Source: a virus
Taxonomy: Duplodnaviria; Caudoviricetes
IMG/VR virus record: IMGVR_UViG_3300011334_000156
Location: 1-28,285 of that record
Strand: one strand, 5' to 3'
DNA: 28,285 bases
The stretch's first letter is position 1, and every line of letters starts with the position of its first letter. Below the pieces are notes generated by a model. It was not told the origin of the DNA. It worked only from the letters and a program-made list of their open reading frames with translations, and did not search any database. Positions 9,561-17,749 of this stretch are shown piece by piece. Made by a program: the position numbers and the translations under genes.

Positions 9561-10934
9561 ATGGCATTACAATTAAGAAGAGGAACAAACGCACAGCGTT
9601 TGGCAATAACACCAGCAAATGGTGAATTAATATTTGTCACTGATTACACGAGTGCAAGTGTAACTCCGTTATGGGTAGGCGATGGCACAACTGCTGGCGG
9701 TGTCAGTGGTGATACTAATACAACTTACACTCAAAATATTAGTTCAGTCTCAGGTGGAGCAAACTTAAATTTAGTTGGCAGTGACAGCACAACAGACACA
9801 GTTAAATTTGCCTCTGGCACTGGTGTAACTGTGGCATTTACGGATGCAAGCACAGCCACTGTTAGTATTGGACAAAGTGTAGCAACTTCAGCAAGCCCAA
9901 CTTTTGCCGCAGGTTCGTTTAGCAGTTTAGTATTGCGTGGAAGCACCAGCGGAACAAATACATTTGTAAGCCCAGCAACAGCAGGCACACAAAGTTATAC
10001 ATTACCCACAGCATATCCTGCGGCAAATGGATATACATTACATTCAACTACAGCAGGTGTATTAAGTTGGGCAATAGATGATAGTGTAACTTATACTCAA
10101 AATATTAGTAGCACAACTGGCGGTGCAAATTTAAATTTAGTTGGCACTGATTCAACAACAGACACAGTTAAATTTGCCTCTGGCACTGGTGTAACTGTGG
10201 CATTTACAAATGCTTCAACTGCTACTATTACTAACACAGGTGTTACCAGTAATATAGCAGGCACAGGCATTAGTGTTAATAGTGCAACTGGTGCAGTTAC
10301 CATTAGCAACACAGGTGTTACTAGTTTAACAACTAGTTCAGGACTAAGCACTAACACAAATGCTACTGGTGCAGTTAGTATCACTAACACAGGTGTTGTC
10401 AGCAATTTTGCAGGCTCAGGTATTAGTGTTGATGCTAATACCGGTAATGTAACAATTACCAACACAGGTGTAACCAGTTTAGGTGCAGGAACAGGAGTTA
10501 CTTTATCAGGCTCTACTGGTGGTGTTACAGTTAGTATTGGACAAGATGTAGCAACTTCAGCAAATGTAACATTTAACAGTATTGCTTTTGGTGGCAATTT
10601 AATAACTCATGGCACTGGCATAAGAACATTTTCTGGCGGAGAATTTACACTGTTTAATTTTGATGGAGGAACTTATAGAAGTGCTAAAATACAAGTGAAT
10701 ATAGGTTACCCCAGCTTCTTTCAAGCTGTTGAACTTTTCGTATTAGCCGGAGATTCAGATGCGTTTATGACTGTGACTAATGACCTTAGAACTAGTATTA
10801 ATTTATCTGATTTCAGTGTAACACGCTCTGGAGGACTTATACTTGTAAAAGCCACTCCAAAATATAATCCAGGTGGGATTGACTTAGGAACACTATATAA
10901 GTATGTAGTAACATTCGCTGGCGATGTATCATAA
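9561..10934 (+). CDS. Tail fibre protein 1
   Basis: N-terminal LQLRRGT...GELIFVTD...LWVGDG (Mtd_N-like attachment domain), internal TNTGVTS repeats, C-terminal YRSAK-type beta domain. Confidence 0.8.
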   Translation: MALQLRRGTNAQRLAITPANGELIFVTDYTSASVTPLWVGDGTTAGGVSGDTNTTYTQNISSVSGGANLNLVGSDSTTDTVKFASGTGVTVAFTDASTATVSIGQSVATSASPTFAAGSFSSLVLRGSTSGTNTFVSPATAGTQSYTLPTAYPAANGYTLHSTTAGVLSWAIDDSVTYTQNISSTTGGANLNLVGTDSTTDTVKFASGTGVTVAFTNASTATITNTGVTSNIAGTGISVNSATGAVTISNTGVTSLTTSSGLSTNTNATGAVSITNTGVVSNFAGSGISVDANTGNVTITNTGVTSLGAGTGVTLSGSTGGVTVSIGQDVATSANVTFNSIAFGGNLITHGTGIRTFSGGEFTLFNFDGGTYRSAKIQVNIGYPSFFQAVELFVLAGDSDAFMTVTNDLRTSINLSDFSVTRSGGLILVKATPKYNPGGIDLGTLYKYVVTFAGDVS

Positions 10935-10970
10935 AACTACTGAGTAGTTTAATCATAAGGATAATGAATT

Positions 10971-12029
10971 ATGGCAAACAATAATTTTAAAGTAAGAAAC
11001 GGCATTGACATCGGTCCTGTCACAGGCGCAACCAACACTACAATAGATGGTGCAACAGGTGATGTCTCTACTATTGGACAATTTACCTCAACACAGGCAA
11101 ACGATGCCACAACAGGTCAAGCACAGATATATCTAAATGGTGCCACAGGTAATCGCATTGATTTTAATACAAACGGTCAAGGTATCCCAACTACAACTAC
11201 AAGAAGTGCTGGAACTAAAATAGTATTATTCCCATCAGTGAATGCTACTTTCGTTGATTATGCCATAGGTGCTGCAGCAAATGAAATATGGAGTAGTGTT
11301 AAAGAATATAGTGCTGGACAAACTTTCAAGTGGTATGGTGGCACAACAGAAATAGCCAACTTAAATGGCGTGGGTGACTTACAAATAGATGGTGACTTAA
11401 CCGTCACTGGCAATGACATCAAATCAAGCACTGCTACAGCAATTACATTAAGTGGTGCAGATGTTACTATTCTTGGTGACTTAACTGTAAGTGGCACAAC
11501 AACAACTATTGATACAGCAAATTTATTAGTAGAAGATAAGAACATTACTATTGGTAATGTAGCAAGTCCCACAGATACAACTGCCGCAGGTGGTGGTATT
11601 ACATTGTTAGGTGCAACTAATAAAACAATAACTTGGAATAACGCCACAGATGGTTGGGAATTTAATCAAGCCATTACAGCAACTGGTGGTGTTGGTGCAC
11701 CGTCATTTACTGTTGATAATAGAGCAAGTATTGACAGCTCAACACTAACTACTACATCCACTGCTACTGTAACATTAATAAATACTGGTAGAACAGCAAT
11801 GTCAGTAATGATTACAGCAGTTCAAGGTGCTAATGTGCATTGTGTAAATGCCACAGTATTAAAAACTGGTGCCAGCACAGCAATGCTGACAATATATGGT
11901 GAAATGTATAACACTAGTTCATTGGTAAGTTTTACCGCTGATGTCAGCGGTGGTATCACTAGATTATTAATTACCCCAACAAGTGCAACAAGCACAGTAT
12001 TCAATGCTGTAAGAACATCATTAGATTAA
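10971..12029 (+). CDS. Tail fibre protein 2
   Basis: Thr/Gly-rich, N-terminal FKVRNGI, GDLTVSGTTTTID...VEDKNITIG fibre motif; SD TAAGGA. Confidence 0.75.
   Translation: MANNNFKVRNGIDIGPVTGATNTTIDGATGDVSTIGQFTSTQANDATTGQAQIYLNGATGNRIDFNTNGQGIPTTTTRSAGTKIVLFPSVNATFVDYAIGAAANEIWSSVKEYSAGQTFKWYGGTTEIANLNGVGDLQIDGDLTVTGNDIKSSTATAITLSGADVTILGDLTVSGTTTTIDTANLLVEDKNITIGNVASPTDTTAAGGGITLLGATNKTITWNNATDGWEFNQAITATGGVGAPSFTVDNRASIDSSTLTTTSTATVTLINTGRTAMSVMITAVQGANVHCVNATVLKTGASTAMLTIYGEMYNTSSLVSFTADVSGGITRLLITPTSATSTVFNAVRTSLD
11187..11356 (+). repeat. 170-bp segment duplicated between fibre genes (second copy 12353-12522)
   Basis: Near-identical DNA encoding PTTTTRSAGTKIVL(F/Y)PSVNATFVDYAIGA...GQTFKWYGGTTEIA in both genes. 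Confidence 0.9.
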
Positions 12030-12049
12030 ACATAAGGATTGTGTGAATT

Positions 12050-14443
12050 ATGAGTAACGAAAAATTTAAAGTAAAATTTGGTCTCGCAGTAGGCGACACC
12101 GTGGCAACAATAGATGCCACAACAGGTAATATTGTTACCACAGGCACATTAGATGTGCAAGGTGGAACAATTACAGAATCAACAGGTGCACTAACCATTT
12201 CAACAGGTGCAAGCAATGGCGACATTACACTAACACCCAACGGCACTGGCAATGTTATTGTCAGCAGTGATTTAACAGTTAGTGGCGGTAATGTTAGTCT
12301 AAATAATGGCACTAGCAATATCATTGATTTTAATGGATTTGGACAAGGTGCTCCAACTACAACTACAAGAAGTGCAGGAACTAAAATAGTATTATATCCA
12401 TCAGTGAATGCTACTTTCGTTGATTATGCCATAGGTGCTACAGCAAATGAAATATGGAGTAGTGTTAAGTCCTTTGATGCTGGACAAACTTTCAAGTGGT
12501 ATGGCGGCACAACAGAAATAGCAAGTTTGGGTGGCACTGGTAATTTACAAATTGATGGTAATTTAGATGTTCAAGGTGGCACAATTACAGACAGCACTGG
12601 TGCACTACAGATTACTAGTGCAAGTAATGGTGATATAACATTAGCACCTAATGGTAGTGGCACAGTAATAGTAAGCAGTGATCTAGCAGTTAATGGTGCT
12701 ACCAGTGCAGATATTACAACAACTACAACAACAGCATCAGTGTTCAACACCACAGCAACAACATTAAACATTGGTGGTGCAACCACAACAACTAATATTG
12801 GTAAGAATACTGGTAGTAGTATTGTTAATGGTGTTAATAGATTTACCAGCCCAACTATTTACGGATTTACAGGTGGCGCATCAGCTCCAAGTCGTGGCTA
12901 TATGCAAAGCAATGGTAATACTGGTAGTTTTGCCACTGCAAGAAACAATATAGTAATGCGAACATTTCCCACTGCCACTGCTACCAGTGCCAGGGGTGGT
13001 TTAATATTTGAAAATGCCAGAGGCAATGAAACAACTCCTTCAGCAGTGGTCAGTGGTGATTTAATGGGCGAACTCAGTGCATTAGGCTATGCTACAAATG
13101 GATATACCAGTGATTATATTCTTGCTACTCCAGGCACAGCCTATTTTACACCCACTGAAACTTGGGCAAACACTGGAGGACCATATCCCACTGCTGGCAC
13201 AGTAACTAACGCTGGCACTGGATATATTTTAGCATTACAACCAACTGCTACAAATCTTGCCGCCAGCAATGCTGGTAGAATAAATGTATTGAATATCAAT
13301 CCACAGACATTTGCCAGTCGCAGTGACGCATTTACTTGGGCCAATGGTAAAACTGGCACAACACAGACTATGTCATTGGATGTCAGTGGTAATTTAATAT
13401 TGACTGGTGATTTGCGTGTAAATGGTAATGACATACAATCAAGCACAGGTGCTACAGCACTTAGTTTATCTGCGGCTAGTGTCAGCACGCCAGGTAATTT
13501 TACTGCAACAGGCACTGCAACTTTTGATAGTATTACTGCCATTGATGCTCAAAGTAATTTATTAAGCACAAATACTAATGCAGGCACCAGTGTTAATATT
13601 AAAACTAACTATAGAACAGGCAGTGGTGGCACATTGGTAGTGCCAAGTGCTAGTAATGCATTAGGTAACTTCCGTTTCCAAAGTTACAGTGACACAGCAG
13701 ACACTTATGTATTGGCTGGTAGTGTTCAAGTAACCGCCACAGAAAACTTTAGTCCAACTGCCAATGGCACTAAAGTTCTTTTCACTGCAAACAAACAAGG
13801 ACAGAATTGGAGCACAGGAAATATTGTAGTAGCAAGTGTTAGTCCAGAATTAGCAAGTATTAGCAGTGATGCTATTACATTAGAATCAAGCACAGGTGCT
13901 AACTATTTGGTATTAAATGGCACAACTGCCACATTGACCAACACAGCAGGTAATCCATTGCCTGGTGGCAATATTAGTTATGGTAGACAATACATTGAAG
14001 CATACAGCACAGTGGATCAAACCAATCCTACTGCCAACGCAGAAAACTTGATGTCATTTAATAATACAGGTATCAGCAATGGCATCAGTATTGTCACTAA
14101 TGGAACAGCACTTACTCGTATTACTTTTGCCAATGCAGGTGTATATAACTTACAATTCTCAGCACAGTTAAGTCAAACTTCAGGTGGTAGTGCTAATACA
14201 TTTATTTGGTTAAAGAAGAATGGTGCTAATGTTGCCAACACAGCAGGTGATACCAGAGTTGCTGGCAACGGTGATAGAATTATGGCAGCATGGAATTATG
14301 TGTTTTCAGCGGCTGCAGGAGATTACTATGAACTTGCTTGGGCTGCCAGTGATACTTCAGTGATATTAGATTACATTGCAGCCGCAGGTGTAGTGCCAGC
14401 AATTCCCAGTGTTATTTTAACAGTAGTGCCAGTAGGCGCATAA
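12050..14443 (+). CDS. Tail fibre protein 3 (long)
   Basis: 797 aa, Thr/Gly/Ser-rich; duplicated LDVQGGTIT...NGDITL.PNG.G unit; C-terminal C1q-like beta sandwich (AGVYNLQFSAQL, IWLKKNG, AGDYYEL). Confidence 0.8.
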   Translation: MSNEKFKVKFGLAVGDTVATIDATTGNIVTTGTLDVQGGTITESTGALTISTGASNGDITLTPNGTGNVIVSSDLTVSGGNVSLNNGTSNIIDFNGFGQGAPTTTTRSAGTKIVLYPSVNATFVDYAIGATANEIWSSVKSFDAGQTFKWYGGTTEIASLGGTGNLQIDGNLDVQGGTITDSTGALQITSASNGDITLAPNGSGTVIVSSDLAVNGATSADITTTTTTASVFNTTATTLNIGGATTTTNIGKNTGSSIVNGVNRFTSPTIYGFTGGASAPSRGYMQSNGNTGSFATARNNIVMRTFPTATATSARGGLIFENARGNETTPSAVVSGDLMGELSALGYATNGYTSDYILATPGTAYFTPTETWANTGGPYPTAGTVTNAGTGYILALQPTATNLAASNAGRINVLNINPQTFASRSDAFTWANGKTGTTQTMSLDVSGNLILTGDLRVNGNDIQSSTGATALSLSAASVSTPGNFTATGTATFDSITAIDAQSNLLSTNTNAGTSVNIKTNYRTGSGGTLVVPSASNALGNFRFQSYSDTADTYVLAGSVQVTATENFSPTANGTKVLFTANKQGQNWSTGNIVVASVSPELASISSDAITLESSTGANYLVLNGTTATLTNTAGNPLPGGNISYGRQYIEAYSTVDQTNPTANAENLMSFNNTGISNGISIVTNGTALTRITFANAGVYNLQFSAQLSQTSGGSANTFIWLKKNGANVANTAGDTRVAGNGDRIMAAWNYVFSAAAGDYYELAWAASDTSVILDYIAAAGVVPAIPSVILTVVPVGA

Positions 14444-14455
14444 AAGGAGCATAAC

Positions 14456-14527
14456 ATGAGACATTTACCAGAACGTGGAATGAGAACGAAAACTAATCGT
14501 AAGAAACCAAGACCAGGGAGAAAATAA
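14456..14527 (+). CDS. Very small basic peptide (23 aa, MRHLPERGMRTKTNRKKPRPGRK)
   Basis: Strong SD AAGGAG; stop overlaps the next ATG (TAATG); not in the ORF track. Confidence 0.6.
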   Translation: MRHLPERGMRTKTNRKKPRPGRK

Positions 14528-14682
14528 TGCCAGTACGAAAAGTCACAGGCCCTAGAGGCGGAACAGGATATAGATATGGATCAAGTGGACACTACTACCC
14601 AGGACCTGGGGGAAAAGCTAAGGCGCAAAAGCAAGGTGTGGCAATACGCCTCAGCGAACAGCGAGCAAAAAAGAAAAAGTAA
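14527..14682 (+). CDS. Small basic Gly-rich protein (51 aa, MPVRKVTGPRGGTGYRYGSSGHYYPGPGGKAKAQKQGVAIRL...)
   Basis: Translated by hand; SD GGGAG and TAATG coupling; resembles a recurrent small phage protein type (MPV.KV..GY.WG..GK.Y), recalled rather than searched. Confidence 0.7.
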   Translation: MPVRKVTGPRGGTGYRYGSSGHYYPGPGGKAKAQKQGVAIRLSEQRAKKKK

Positions 14683-14686
14683 AACT

Positions 14687-14959
14687 ATGAGTAAAGAAGA
14701 TAGTGATTTAGCCACTCACGTAGCCTTGTGCAGTGAGCGTTATCAAGGCATAGAGGATAAATTCCATGATGTTGAAAAACGACTTACAAAAATTGAAGGA
14801 GATGTCAATGACCTCAAAATTCAAACTGCGCAGGGCTTTAGCGATGTCAAGTTATTGTTGGAGCGTCAAAATTCCAGTAAACAGGTTCAGGTAATTGCAA
14901 CTTTCGGCACCATCATCACTGCTATACTGGCTTTTGTAGGATATCTAATTACAAAGTGA
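14687..14959 (+). CDS. Coiled-coil protein with C-terminal transmembrane helix (holin/XhlA-like candidate); true start probably 14687 rather than 14576
   Basis: MSKEDSDLATHVALCSERY..., heptad region, then hydrophobic VIATFGTIITAILAFVGYLI; the upstream extension overlaps the 14527 ORF. Confidence 0.65.
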   Translation: MSKEDSDLATHVALCSERYQGIEDKFHDVEKRLTKIEGDVNDLKIQTAQGFSDVKLLLERQNSSKQVQVIATFGTIITAILAFVGYLITK

Positions 14960-14967
14960 AAAGCATA

Positions 14968-14975
14968 TCTAAATA
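14968..14975 (+). promoter_or_regulatory. Late-promoter-like box TCTAAATA, 5 nt before ATG 14981
   Basis: CTAAATA variant in a 21-bp intergenic gap; no convincing SD, so possibly a leaderless mRNA. Confidence 0.45.
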
Positions 14976-14980
14976 GAGAT

Positions 14981-15736
14981 ATGACTACTAAAATTAGAAA
15001 AAAATGGATGGGTATTAGCCCACATCCTGAAGCACCTGACATCATGTTAAGCAGAGCAGTGAATTGGGCACCTGATTTTCAAAAGAAATACAGCACTATA
15101 AATGGTTATGAGCCCAATAACATCACAGCCGCAGTGGCTTGGACAAAGATACCCCAAGACTTAATTGCCAGTGATGCTTTCATTTATAAAGATAAATTAA
15201 CTGGCTTATGGGTGCAGGCAGTTGGTTATCCACTTATCACTAGAGAACAGGCGCAGTCTTGGATAGAACTACAGTTGTCCAATGGTGCACAAGGTTATTG
15301 GTATAACCAATACGCAGTGCCTCGCTTACCACAAAAGCCATATACACAACGAGAAGTTCCTGCCAAAACTATTGATCAAATCACTTACATTGAAATGATT
15401 GCACATCAAAACAAATTTATGGTCAATGGCATTAATTTATTGGATCTAAATCCTGTGGGTCGTCCCAAGGACATTGATGTATATGCTGAACCTAAAGAAC
15501 GAAAAATATATGAAAAGCGTGACCCCACAAAATTTCATATTAGAAGTAATAGCAAGTTCTTAATAACACCAAAAGGTGTTTATGCCAGTATTAGTAGTGC
15601 GGCTGCTGATATGGGCCTGAGTTTTTGCGGGCTTGCATATCATATGAAAAAAGGCACAAAGGGTTACACATATATCACTGCTGAAGAATACTTAATGCGA
15701 GTTGACAAGTTAAATACAAATAGCACTACAGAGTAG
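14981..15736 (+). CDS. Hypothetical protein with C-terminal NUMOD1-like DNA-binding domain
   Basis: C-terminus LITPKGVYASISSAA...GYTYITAEEYLM is paralogous to the C-termini of the 17749 and 18327 ORFs. Confidence 0.65.
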   Translation: MTTKIRKKWMGISPHPEAPDIMLSRAVNWAPDFQKKYSTINGYEPNNITAAVAWTKIPQDLIASDAFIYKDKLTGLWVQAVGYPLITREQAQSWIELQLSNGAQGYWYNQYAVPRLPQKPYTQREVPAKTIDQITYIEMIAHQNKFMVNGINLLDLNPVGRPKDIDVYAEPKERKIYEKRDPTKFHIRSNSKFLITPKGVYASISSAAADMGLSFCGLAYHMKKGTKGYTYITAEEYLMRVDKLNTNSTTE

Positions 15737-15813
15737 TGCAGATGATGTCTAATCAACATCATCGTTACTGCTAATAACTTTATCCCCGATTAGAAATAGT
15801 TGGGGATTTTTTT
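15722..15813 (+). ncRNA. Candidate small structured RNA (two hairpins plus terminator)
   Basis: TTAAATA box at 15710-15716, then hairpins 15723-15739 and 15741-15763, and terminator 15782-15813. Confidence 0.35.
15782..15813 (+). terminator. Rho-independent terminator closing the late region
   Basis: ATCCCCGATTA-GAAA-TAGTTGGGGAT stem with two G-U pairs and a GNRA loop, followed by a T-run. Confidence 0.88.
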
Positions 15814-15965
15814 ACGACTAAAGTATTAGAGTATATTTTAGTAGTATATCAACTGAAGTAGTATATAGACCAGTGAACCGTGTATTTTAGACTGAAATAA
15901 GGTTTTCGTGTTAAAAACAACACTTTTTTCGCTGTTTTCAATGCCTGTATGGCAGGATATTTTAA

Positions 15966-15994
15966 TTGGTGTAAATTAAATCCTGTGCTATACT
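15966..15994 (+). promoter_or_regulatory. sigma70-type early promoter with extended -10
   Basis: TG-C-TATACT at 15986-15994; weak -35 TTGGTG 17 bp upstream; SD GAGGAG before ATG 16031. Confidence 0.65.
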
Positions 15995-16030
15995 ATACAC
16001 TTATTAACAACGAAACGAGGAGTTTCAAAA

Positions 16031-16249
16031 ATGGCTACACTAGTATATCAACTTGCTTATGACGCAGACAGCGACTGCGAAACGGTAGTAGAGACGGGCT
16101 TGTTCGTTTGCTACACCAAAGATCCAAAAGAAATCGTTGCTCGTGCTAACGAACTTTGGGGCAAAGATTGGTTTGGTCTATGTTATCAAGATTGGGATTG
16201 TAATGATCTTGATGTTGAAAGCAAGACACTTTTCAACAAGTCAATTTAA
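16031..16249 (+). CDS. Small acidic early hypothetical protein
   Basis: 72 aa, strong SD and own promoter. Confidence 0.75.
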   Translation: MATLVYQLAYDADSDCETVVETGLFVCYTKDPKEIVARANELWGKDWFGLCYQDWDCNDLDVESKTLFNKSI

Positions 16250-16278
16250 TTGACACAAAATAAATAATCTGTTATAAT
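16250..16278 (+). promoter_or_regulatory. Consensus sigma70 early promoter
   Basis: TTGACA (16250-16255), 17 bp, TATAAT (16273-16278) with TGn extension; followed by leader hairpin ATGAACT...AGTTCAT (16285-16313). Confidence 0.9.
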
Positions 16279-16335
16279 AAACACATGAACTAAGCAATTC
16301 CGCATAAGTTCATAACTTAAAGAAAGAGGTCTACA

Positions 16336-16776
16336 ATGGCTCAAACACTAACTAGCAAGATTACTAAACTTGCTGAAATCTATAGCATTACTGCTATCAT
16401 TGATACTGCTAAACAAGTTCAAATTGAACAAGCAGATATCGCAGTCTGGGATGCAATGTCCACAGATGAGAAAACTGAATGGTTTTACAATCAATGTAAA
16501 AAATACGGTTTAACTACTAAAAAATTTGCTAACCAAATATCAGTTAATGAATTACTATGTAGTGGAAAACACGGTGGCACTAAAGCATATTTCTGCGTTT
16601 TTCTTCCACACCCAACTGACAACTTTCGTGGATCCGATCCTAGTGCGTGGCATTTAGAAATTGGTAGTGCTTATGCTAGTCCAAAACACGGAACTATTTG
16701 GCCTACTGCACGAGGCTTAAAAGGTAAAGAACTTCAAATTCAACAAGTAATTCGTTTACACAAGGAAGGCAAATAA
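16336..16776 (+). CDS. Early hypothetical protein
   Basis: 146 aa, SD GAGGT, first gene after the consensus promoter. Confidence 0.78.
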   Translation: MAQTLTSKITKLAEIYSITAIIDTAKQVQIEQADIAVWDAMSTDEKTEWFYNQCKKYGLTTKKFANQISVNELLCSGKHGGTKAYFCVFLPHPTDNFRGSDPSAWHLEIGSAYASPKHGTIWPTARGLKGKELQIQQVIRLHKEGK

Positions 16777-16777
16777 C

Positions 16778-17749
16778 ATGACAACACAAACTGAATTAGA
16801 AAAAGAATCATTGCTCAGCGACAATGATATTTTAGATATTGTTTTGGATGCAGAACAACAAGCAACCGAAGCAATGGAAGATACATTATCTGGATTGGTT
16901 AATCCATTGATTCTTCGTGGACCTCCAGGCACTGGTAAAAGCAAAATGATTGAGATTATTTCTCAAAAAATGAAAGTTCAAAGCACTGATATTATTAGTA
17001 GTGTTTGGACCAAACACAGCGATGATGATATTAAAGCAGGTATGACTAATTATCCATATCGTTGTGACCATCTTGTTAAAGTTGATGGTGCATTAGTTCG
17101 TGCCGGTGACTATAGTAAGTGGGCATTGGTAGCAGATCTTTATGCGAATAAAGACGGTGGTGCTCTTTGTTTAAGTGACAATGACAGTATTCTAAAAGAC
17201 AAAGATGCTGTTAGTATTATTATGAGTGCAACTGAACAAAATAAAAAGAAAATTATTAGTTATACAAAATCAAACAGCACTCACGAATTACAAATGATGG
17301 GTGTTGAACCTACATTTGAAGTTAATTGTCCAATTGTTATTATCACTAATATTGACATGGATTTGATGATTAAGGTAGCCGATGTTGAAAGTAAAAATCC
17401 TAAAAAACCAAAACCAAAACCTGAAATGATTACTCGTTGGGAAGCATTGATTAGCCGCGGCACTTACATTGATTTGAAAATGAATAGTCCTCGTAGTGTG
17501 CGAACATATTGTGAATACAAAATTAAGCAGGTTAATATGCTTACAGATAGTTCTTATCTTGAAAAGAATTTTGGTCGTAGTTTGACTACTGATGAAGCAG
17601 AATCTTGTATGAAATGGATTCGTCATAATCAAGGTAGTTTAGCACAGCCATTGGATCTTCGCACTTATAATACAGTAGCAGGTATTATGATTAATCGTAA
17701 AGATACTTGGGAAAAATCTAGTAAAGTTCGTTTCTTAAAAGGTGCATAA
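16778..17749 (+). CDS. AAA+-type P-loop ATPase
   Basis: Walker A LILRGPPGTGKS, atypical Walker B LCLSDND, sensor-1-like IVIITN, Arg-finger-like ALISRG, sensor-2-like LDLR. Confidence 0.85.
   Translation: MTTQTELEKESLLSDNDILDIVLDAEQQATEAMEDTLSGLVNPLILRGPPGTGKSKMIEIISQKMKVQSTDIISSVWTKHSDDDIKAGMTNYPYRCDHLVKVDGALVRAGDYSKWALVADLYANKDGGALCLSDNDSILKDKDAVSIIMSATEQNKKKIISYTKSNSTHELQMMGVEPTFEVNCPIVIITNIDMDLMIKVADVESKNPKKPKPKPEMITRWEALISRGTYIDLKMNSPRSVRTYCEYKIKQVNMLTDSSYLEKNFGRSLTTDEAESCMKWIRHNQGSLAQPLDLRTYNTVAGIMINRKDTWEKSSKVRFLKGA

Noticed and set aside
11187-12522. Fibre-gene duplication considered as a diversity-generating retroelement
   Set aside because: No reverse transcriptase in the genome; both copies are mid-gene and mismatches are not confined to adenines
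1739-13542. Many minus-strand ORFs opposite the tape measure and fibre genes (e.g. 2168..2896, 3761..4204, 10097..10597, 13141..13542)
   Set aside because: Antisense shadows of biased Thr/Ala/Gly codons; fully overlapped by convincing + strand genes, with no RBS or promoter support
14576-14686. 5' extension of the membrane-protein ORF given in the track
   Set aside because: Overlaps a better-supported 51-aa ORF in another frame; ATG 14687 follows that ORF's stop directly
15702-15707. TTGACA at the end of the 14981 gene as a sigma70 -35
   Set aside because: No acceptable -10 hexamer at 16-18 bp spacing
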